Source: an uncultured euryarchaeote (GTDB lineage Archaea; Thermoplasmatota; Poseidoniia; Poseidoniales; Poseidoniaceae). Taken from it: a stretch of 64,000 nucleotides of DNA. Location of the stretch: the NCBI GenBank assembly GCA_937899865.1, contig CALBRH010000001.1:51562-115561 (forward strand). The letters are read 5' to 3'. A program made the translations under genes and the position numbers. Each line of letters begins with the position of its first letter. The stretch's first letter is position 1. Below the pieces are notes generated by a model. It was not told the origin of the DNA. It saw only the letters and a list, made by a program, of their open reading frames with translations, and did not search any database. This document shows, in pieces, positions 28,460 to 37,400 of this stretch.

Positions 28460-29353
28460 GTGGATATCATGACCAATCAAGGACTTGCCTGGAAAGGGCC
28501 AATTCTTGATAATCACTTTCATTTGAATCGTAATGGCAGGTTTTTAGACGCTGCCAAGGACTTCAAAAACGCAGGGGGCACAAGCGTAATTTTGGTTCAT
28601 TGTCCAGATTTCTCTGCACCACCTACGACAAAACAGGGTCATAGAGACTCTTATCAAGATACAATCAACATGGCTGAATCGGTTAGAAAGGAATTAGGTC
28701 TTGGAGTCCGAGTTGTGCTAGGTCCTCATCCTGCTGCATTCGCTCATCAATTCATTAAGTGGGTTGAAGAAGATGGAAAAGCAGGCAAAGAGAAAGCGAT
28801 GGAAAATTATCGCGATAGTATCGATGAAGCTGTAAAATTCTATCATGAAGGTCAAGCACACGCAATTGGAGAAGTAGGTAGGCCACATTGGGAAGTATCT
28901 GATGAAATTTGGGATTTATCCAATGAATTGCTGCTTGATACCATGAAACTTGCTGCAAATGAAGGGTTTGCTTTACAATTACATGTTGAAGGCGAATTAG
29001 AATCCACTTACTTGGATATGGCAAAAATGGCAAGTAAGGCAGGGCTTTCTAAAGATCGATTAGTAAGGCATTATTCGCCACCCAATGTAGACTCGACAAT
29101 TACCCAAGGCCTAACTCCTAGTGTATTAATTGGTAAAGGAGCATTGGAAACCTTGCTTGAAACGGCAGACAATTGTAGTCATGGTTTTCTATTAGAAACA
29201 GATTACATGGATGATTTACGAAGGCCAGGCGCAGTACTTGGCCCGAAAACAGTTCCCAAGAGGACTCAACAATTGGTTGCTGCAGGAATTGATGAGGATT
29301 TGATGTGGCGAGCACATGTTGATCTGCCAAACAAATTATACGGCCAAGAGTGA
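28460..29353 (+). CDS. TatD-family (COG1831-like) metal-dependent hydrolase
   Basis: Motifs DNHFH, AIGEVGRPH, QLHVE, VRHY, FLLETDYMDDLRRPGAVLGP and PNKLYG. Confidence 0.85.
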   Translation: MDIMTNQGLAWKGPILDNHFHLNRNGRFLDAAKDFKNAGGTSVILVHCPDFSAPPTTKQGHRDSYQDTINMAESVRKELGLGVRVVLGPHPAAFAHQFIKWVEEDGKAGKEKAMENYRDSIDEAVKFYHEGQAHAIGEVGRPHWEVSDEIWDLSNELLLDTMKLAANEGFALQLHVEGELESTYLDMAKMASKAGLSKDRLVRHYSPPNVDSTITQGLTPSVLIGKGALETLLETADNCSHGFLLETDYMDDLRRPGAVLGPKTVPKRTQQLVAAGIDEDLMWRAHVDLPNKLYGQE

Positions 29354-29411
29354 CCAAAAAGCGGACATTTTTCCATCACATTCATGAATGTAGTTCCTTA
29401 CCGGTGACTGG

Positions 29412-30503
29412 TTGACAATGAGTCGTAAAGGGTTCGTAGTTCTGATAATAGCAGTTTTTCTACTGCCATTAATTCCAGTAGCGAATGCGCAAAATCCAAT
29501 TTTTGGAGTGACTTTAACTTGTGATGCACCTGCAGAAATGGATGTAAGTCCATCGGGTTATGAGCCAGTAGAAATGATTTGTACCATAGAAAATACAGCT
29601 ACTGTTGGTGCAACTAAAATAGAAATTACCAATGAATGGAGCGGTGGAGCAACAGCCGATATGCTTGGCGCAACAGGTGAATATAGTGTTGAAGCTGGTG
29701 AGTCTGAAGAGTTTACTGTGACTTTTAGTGGTACTACAAAACAACCATCAAGCAATAGTTATGATTTCGAGATTTTTGCTACAGTAACTGAATGGAATTC
29801 AATTCCATTGAATGAACCATTCCCAAGGGAAAATGATTCATTCGCTGATTCTTTGGAAATTGCAACTTATGGGGCAGTAGAATTGAGAATTAACGATGTT
29901 TCAACAAGAAAAGTCGAAGCAGGTAGTGAATTCACAATTAACATGCAGTTTACTAACAAAGGTAATGATGTCGATAAGGTGAGAGTTGACCTTGCTAATC
30001 TAAATGATTTGAAGCAGCAAGGTTTCAGTTTTATCGGCTCTGAATTTGTTGCAGAAGACTTGGCAATGGGGGCTACCGAATCTAGAGAAATCAAAATGTT
30101 AGCACCTAGCGATATCGATTCAAACTTGAATGTAGATTTATTGTTTCAAGCCAGTAGTACTAATGATGCCAATGCAGATTTAAGTGAAATCTCTATACCG
30201 GTGTCAGTTGAATCAAGTGAGTCATCAGTTTCATTAACAGATGGAATAAGTGAAGTTGGCGAAGATGATCTCATTCTTTATGGCGCAATCGGTGGCGGAG
30301 TAATTCTGTTGTTTTTGCTAATGGGCGTAGTTTCTCGTTCCATCAAAAAGAAAAATGCCAAGAAAAATGCGGACCAGCCAGCAATTGAATTAGATGATTC
30401 AGAACAGGTTGTTGAAAAAGATGAATTCGACGATTTGTTTGATGATTTAGATGATTTTGAAATAGAATCTGATGAGTTTGATGATTTACTCGACGAATTC
30501 TGA
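29412..30503 (+). CDS. Secreted Ig-like-domain protein with C-terminal TM and acidic tail
   Basis: Signal peptide, beta-sandwich-like segments (FTNKGNDVD), TM GAIGGGVILLFLLMGVV, and a D/E-rich tail. Confidence 0.7.
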   Translation: MTMSRKGFVVLIIAVFLLPLIPVANAQNPIFGVTLTCDAPAEMDVSPSGYEPVEMICTIENTATVGATKIEITNEWSGGATADMLGATGEYSVEAGESEEFTVTFSGTTKQPSSNSYDFEIFATVTEWNSIPLNEPFPRENDSFADSLEIATYGAVELRINDVSTRKVEAGSEFTINMQFTNKGNDVDKVRVDLANLNDLKQQGFSFIGSEFVAEDLAMGATESREIKMLAPSDIDSNLNVDLLFQASSTNDANADLSEISIPVSVESSESSVSLTDGISEVGEDDLILYGAIGGGVILLFLLMGVVSRSIKKKNAKKNADQPAIELDDSEQVVEKDEFDDLFDDLDDFEIESDEFDDLLDEF

Positions 30504-30622
30504 TTTAGTATAGCGTTTCGCTGTAAATTTTCACCCTTGATTTTGTGTCTATTTAGTCAATTTTGATGGTAACAGTCAAAGAGCGAGTGTGGTCTGCTAC
30601 ACTTAGTATAGGTGGCCATGCT

Positions 30623-31417
30623 ATGTTGAACCTCAGTGGAAAGACTGCATTTGTCTTTGGTGTTGCTAGCGAAGATTCGATAGCTTGGGCCATTTGTAAG
30701 AGACTTGCTGAAAGCGGGGTTAGTCTTTATCTTGGATATCAAAAGAGATTTAGAAGTCGAATTTTTCAATTGAAAGATAAGTTGCCTCAAATCGCAGGAT
30801 TTTATCCTCTAGATGTTGCAACAGATGAAGATACTAAGGAATTCTTTGATGCTTTTAGTAAAGAAAACCCTGGTAAAAAAGCCGATATCATGATTCATGC
30901 CATCGGATTTGCGCCAAGAACGTGTTTTGACAGGCCAATTTTATTTGTCGAAGACCAAGACATTAATACTGCGATGACAATTTCAGCAAATTCATTGCAA
31001 AGATGTCTCAAGTTCGCATTACCATATCTCAATCCAAATTCATCAACAATAACGCTAACTTATGCTGCATCCAATAGATTTGTTCCATCATACGGTATAA
31101 TGTCGATGGCGAAGGCAGCTCTTGAATGCTGGACAAGAGAACTTGCTTGCCATCTTGGTCCAGAAGGACATAGAGTCAATGCCATTTCATCCGGGCCGAT
31201 TAGAACAATTGCCGCATCAGGTATTCCTGGGTTTGATAATATATTGGACCATGTTGAAAAGAATGCACCTTTGAGAAGGAATGTGAATCAAGATGATGTT
31301 GCTGGTGCGACGTTATGGTTGGCTAGTCCGTTGTCAAGTGGTGTTACAGGACAATGTATCTATGTTGATGCGGGGTATTCAATTACCATGGTGCCAGAGA
31401 CAATAATGGATAATTAA
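30623..31417 (+). CDS. fabI: Enoyl-[ACP] reductase, FabI type
   Basis: Motifs GVASEDSIAWAI, HAIGFAP, LTY, catalytic Y-x6-K (YGIMSMAK), RVNAISSGPIRTIAASGIPGF and TGQCIYVDAG. ATG 30623 preferred over the track start 30563. Confidence 0.9.
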   Translation: MLNLSGKTAFVFGVASEDSIAWAICKRLAESGVSLYLGYQKRFRSRIFQLKDKLPQIAGFYPLDVATDEDTKEFFDAFSKENPGKKADIMIHAIGFAPRTCFDRPILFVEDQDINTAMTISANSLQRCLKFALPYLNPNSSTITLTYAASNRFVPSYGIMSMAKAALECWTRELACHLGPEGHRVNAISSGPIRTIAASGIPGFDNILDHVEKNAPLRRNVNQDDVAGATLWLASPLSSGVTGQCIYVDAGYSITMVPETIMDN

Positions 31418-31426
31418 GGTGATTAT

Positions 31427-34400
31427 TTGAAAATTACAACAGCAGATGGAAAGGTTGCTGAAGGCCTAGAACAAGGCCGTTTTGAGCCAATTGCAGTAAT
31501 TGGACTTGGAGCAATAATGCCTGATGCTAAAGATGTCAATCAATTTTGGCAGAATATCAAAGCCGGCAAAGTAAGCATAAAAGATGTAAAATCAGAACGT
31601 TGGCCAGGAAAAATAGAAGATTTTTGGAAAAACGGTGGACCGGGAGATATTGAAGAAGGATTTACTTATTCGAAAATAGGTGCATTTGTTGAAGATTTTG
31701 AATTCAATTGGCGTCGTTGGCGACAACCTCCAGGGACATTGAAACAAATTGACCCCTGTCAACTTTGGGCTGTAGAAGTCTCAGCAGCAGCTCTTGAGCA
31801 ATCCGGTTATGACGGAGAGTCGAAAGATTTCGATCGTTCAAGATGTGGAGTTATTTTTGCTAATGCACTGGGCGGCGAAAACCGTAACTTGTCAAATATA
31901 CGAGTATGGTCTAATCATACGAAAAATGTTGCATTAAAACACGGTCTGCCACATGAAAATGCTGAAGGTTTTCAAGCAGAAATCGTTGAACATAGTCCAA
32001 GAATTGATGAAGATACTATGCCGGGAGAACTTGCAAACGTAGTCTCTGGTAGAGTAGCAAATTTACTGGATTTACAAGGTCCTAATTATGCAACAGATGC
32101 AGCATGTGCATCATCCATGGCAGCAATTTTGGATTCATGCAGGCAACTTCAAAATCGCCAAGTCGATTTAATGTTAGCAGGTGCATCAGACCGAACTATG
32201 GATCCTGCAACCTTTGCTAAATTTAGTGCAATAGGTGCTCTTTCTCCAAGCCATTCAACTCCATTTGATGCTAAAGCAAATGGTTTCGTTATGGGAGAGG
32301 GTGCTGGAGCATTAGTACTGAAAAGGCTCTCTGATGCGATGAATGATGGAGATACAATCCATGCGGTGATTAGAGGAGTAGGTGGCTCATCAGATGGTAG
32401 AGGAAAAGGAATTACTGCACCAAGTCAAAGAGGACAGATACAAGCGATAGCAAGAGCATATCAACAAGCGGGCTATGAACCATCAACAGTTGAATTAGTC
32501 GAAGCCCATGGGACTTCTACAAAAGTTGGTGACGCCACTGAATTATCATCTCTATCAACACTGTGGGAAGGATTCTCCGGTGGAGATCATGTAGCAGTTG
32601 GCTCAATCAAGTCTCAAATTGGCCATCTGAAAGCAGCAGCAGGAATGGCAGGAGTAATGAAAGCAATATTGGCACTGCATAACAATACGATTCCACCATC
32701 TGCTGGTTTTGAGACGCCAAATCCTACTGTTGATTGGAATAATATTCCTTTCTTTGTTCCAACACAAGCTTCCGACTGGACAAAACCAAATCAACATCCA
32801 CGTAGAGCAGGAATCTCTTCATTCGGATTTGGAGGAACTAATTTCCATATTGCACTCGAGGCATTTGAGGCAGAATATCATCAAAACTTAGTCGAGCAAT
32901 GGAGTTCTAAGTCAGTGTCAAGCGAGGCAACGGCTAATAGTGTAGCATCAATTTTCGATGCTACTGCTAAACCAAGTATGACTCATGAAGAGTTAAAATC
33001 GATTGAGGGCGGACTGTTATTAATTTCAGCAGACAGTGTTGGTGGTTTGACAACAAAGTTGCAAAATTTATCATTTGAGGGGCCATCATTTGATGATGAT
33101 CCATGTGGTCGAAGATTGTCGAGTGAGTTATTTAGCGCTTCACAATTCAACAAAACCGAATCACACAGAATGGCAATCGTTGCTTCAACTTGGCAAGAAT
33201 TCGACAAAAGAGTCGCATTGGCCATAAAAGCAATTGATGATAAAGCCAAATGGGGCTTTTTACAATCTCAAGGTGTGATGATTACTGATGAACCTATATT
33301 GCCAGATGGTGCCAAGATTGCTCACATGTATCCAGGCCAAGGCAGTCAATACGTAGGTATGACTTTTGATTTGTTCAAACGATATACTGCAGTTCAGAAG
33401 GTTTGGGAAAAATCAGATGAGACCATGGTCGATGTATTGGATGGTGAAACTTTATCCAGTTTTGTTTTGCGTAATAATTTGAGCAAAGAGGAATTGATTG
33501 AATCCGAGCATAAACTGAAGCAAACAGAATATACTCAACCAGCAATGCTTACTGCTGATTTAGCAATCGAGAGACTCCTAAATGCGCATGGACAAAAACC
33601 TGACATGGTGGCAGGCCACTCTCTTGGAGAGTATGCTGCATTAATGTCCTCAGGGATACTGAACATGGATGGTGCTTTGCGTGCATCTGCGGCTAGAGGA
33701 ACCGAAATGGGTTCGGTCCAAATTGACGATAAAGGTTTGATGGCCAGTGTGACTGCACCATATTCTGAAGTAGCCAAGGTTTTGGAAGAAACTGAAGGAT
33801 ATGTGATAGCCGCAAACAAGAATTCCCCAAAGATGACAGTGATAGCCGGAGAAAGTGAACCAGTTAAGGCTGCAATGAGTGCTTTTGAGGCAAATGGATT
33901 CTCAACCACCCAGTTAGCTACTTCTCATGCATTCCATTCACGCATAGTTGCCCCAGCCAATGAACCACTACGCAGATTCCTTGAAACACTTGAGATAAAC
34001 TGGCCACAAATCCCAATCACTGCAAATTTCGACGGTGAATTCTATTCAATGGAAGGCGATGATTCAAAGTCTGCGGTATTAGAAAAGTTAGCACCACAAA
34101 TGGCATCATCAGTTGAATGGACTTCACAGATGGAAAAGATGTATGATTCTGGTGCAAGGATTTTCATTGAGGTTGGTCCGAAGCGTGCTTTGACAATGTT
34201 CGCAACTCAAATTTTAGAAGGAAGGCCACACTTGCCAATAATGACAAATCATCCAAAACAAGGTGGCATAGCATCTTTCCTAACTGCTTTGGCAGGAATT
34301 TATCTTGCGGGCAGGGACTTGCAATGGCCAGAACCAACCTCTGAAGAACTATCTGAGGCATTTAAGGCAGGGCCGATTGAAGCGCACACCAAGTCGAAAC

Positions 34401-37400
34401 ATGATGTAAAAACAGTCGAAAAAAGTCCAACTTTGGACAAGTTAGCAACAAATTCATCACAGGTAGTCAAGGCAAATAACGATGTATCAAGAGTCGTAAC
34501 TGAAGTCTCAGTATCAATTGAAGAAGCAATTTCCGCCTATGTAGGAGATTGCCTTGGGCCAATTACTGGTTATCCTGCTAAATTTTGTAGCGGTATGGTA
34601 AACTTGCGTACGCTATTAGGGTTATCAGATCAACAAATCAATCAAGTAATTACTAAGATAGGTAAAGAGTGTCAAACCGATTCAGAATATGATGTAACTA
34701 AAGTAGAGGTAGTTGGAGATTTAGCGCGCTGGATTAGGCAACCACCAAAAAATTACTTGACAAAACAAACCACTACTTTGGCAGCAACAGTATCACAATC
34801 CAATATAGTGGCGAGCAATCGTACAACAGATCCAATAGTGATAAGTGGAATTTCACTTGGTTTGCCAGGTGGAGAAAAAGTCTTTTCAGAAGATGTCTTT
34901 GAGCGATTAGTCCGTGGCGAAACCTGTATTTCCGAAGTTTCAGATGAATATAAGCAGCGTTTGTTAGACAAGAACATTGTTCGACTAATCAAAGGTAGAG
35001 ATGGTTCTGTAAATATGGAAAGTGCAACTGAGTTTGGTGATATTCCACAACTTGCAGGCGTGAAAGGAGCGTTTGATTTAGCACAGGAATTCGGTATTGA
35101 TGCTAAAGTCGTAATGGCTTGGGATATCACTACTCAATTAGCTATGGCAGCCGGTCTACTCGCCCTTAGAGATGCAGGGATTCCACTTACTCCAGTTGAA
35201 CAGGTCGGTAAAGGTGGTTTGAGATTAATTACTAATTGGCAAGTCCCTCAAATTCAAAGAGATAGAACGGGTGTAGTATTCGCCTCCTGTTTCCCAGGTC
35301 TTCAGATGGCGATGAAACATGCAAAGAATAATGGCGATGATGGTGAAGGCCGCTTTGATAGAAGATTTTTGTTCCAAACACTAAATATGGGCCATTCTCA
35401 ATTTGCTCAATACACTGGAATTAGGGGGCCAAATAGTACAATCAACTTGGCATGCGCCTCGGCTACTGCAGCATTTGGTGTGGCTGAAGATTGGATAGAA
35501 ATGGGTCGAGCTGACCGCGTGATTATCATCTCAGCAGACGATGTCACTGGTGATGATTTATGGGAATGGATTGGTGGTGGTTTTGCAGCATCAGGCGCAG
35601 CATCTACGCATAATGTCGTTGAGGAAACAGCATTGCCGTTTGATCGTAGAAGAAACGGTCTGATACTTGGAATGGGTGCAGCTGCATTTGTTGTCGAGAG
35701 AAATTCTCAAGCCAGCGAGCGAGGAGTACAACCTATTGCTGAATTACTTGGCACCACTATTGCAAATTCTGCTTATCACGGTACCAGACTCGATGTTGAG
35801 CATGTTGCTCATACAGTTGATGATTTCATGACAAGAATGGAGGAAAAGTGGAATTTAGACCGGCATAAGATTGCACCAAATACCGCTTTCTTTTCTCATG
35901 AGACCTATACTCCAGCACGAGGAGGTTCTGCTCAATCAGAGGTCAAAGCATTACGGAGTACTTTTGGAGATAGTGCTGATAATTTGGTTATCGCCAATAC
36001 CAAAGGATTCACCGGCCATCCAATGGGAGTTGGAATCGAGGATGCTAGTATGCTTTACGGTATGTTAACTGGCAGAATACCTCCAATTGCCAACCATAAA
36101 GAGATCGACCCAGAACTTGGTAATCTAAACTTATCAAAAGGTGGTGATTATCCTAATCTCGAGTATGGTCTGAGATTTGGCGCAGGCTTTGGTTCGCAAA
36201 TCGCCTTATCTTTTGTCCGTAAATGGGACGTCCAAGGCGATAGAATTGATGGTAAGAAATTCATGACATGGGTTCGCAGTCTTGCTAATTCTAATGATGT
36301 TGTATTACGCTTACTCGACGGTAAATTAGTCTCTTATGTTGACGGAAAAACCAATCTTCATGGGGGCGTTCAAGGTACAGAATGGCCGATTACACAAAAT
36401 TTTGAAGGCGAAGTTTCCGAAATTGAAACGGCCACTCCGCAAATAGTTATTGATGAATCAAAAGAAAATCAAGAAACTGAAATTGAGCAAGTTAAGGAAA
36501 GTAAAGAATCCACGGTAGCAGAGATTCAAAATACGGCTCCTAATGATGTTGTAAATACAGTGATTGAAGTAGTTGTCAAGCATACTGGTTATCCGGCAGA
36601 CTTTGTTGAATTGGATCAAGATTTGGAAGGCGAATTAGGCATTGACACAGTCAAGCAAGCAGAGATAATGGCAGAGATACGCAATATATTCAATTTACCA
36701 GTTGACGAAGATTTCGTTTTAGCAGAATACCCAACACTCAATCATATGATTGGCTACATAGACAAAATGTCTGGCGGTACTGGAGTTGCATTGCAAGCAG
36801 TTGCAACCCCGGTAGTAGTCGCTAAAGAAGCAATCGAAGAGATTGTTACAACACCTCTGCCAACAACACCAGTAGAGTCAACGCCTCCGGCTATTGTTGA
36901 TGATTCGAATTTGGTGCAAATAGTGGTTGATGTAGTCGTTGAGCATACGGGTTATCCAGCAGATTTCATTGAATTAGATCAAGATTTAGAAGGAGAACTA
37001 GGCATTGATACTGTCAAACAAGCTGAAATAATGGCAGATATCAGAACCAAATTTAGTTTACCTGTTGACGAAGATTTCGTACTATCAGATTATCCTACAT
37101 TGAATCACATGATAGCCTACATACAAAGAATGACAGGAGGAGAAGTTTCTCAAACACCATCAAGTGAAACGACAATTACTCCATCGCCACCAGTTGCAGA
37201 ACCTAAAGAATCTCCACAACCTGCAAAATCAGTTGTTGCAGCAGGAGGTAATGAAGAAATAGAGTCCGAATTAATCGAGGTTGTTGTCAAGCACACCGGT
37301 TATCCAGCAGACTTTATTGAAATGGACCAAGATTTAGAAGGTGAATTGGGTATTGATACTGTCAAACAAGCCGAGATTATGGCAGAGGTAAGGGATATTT

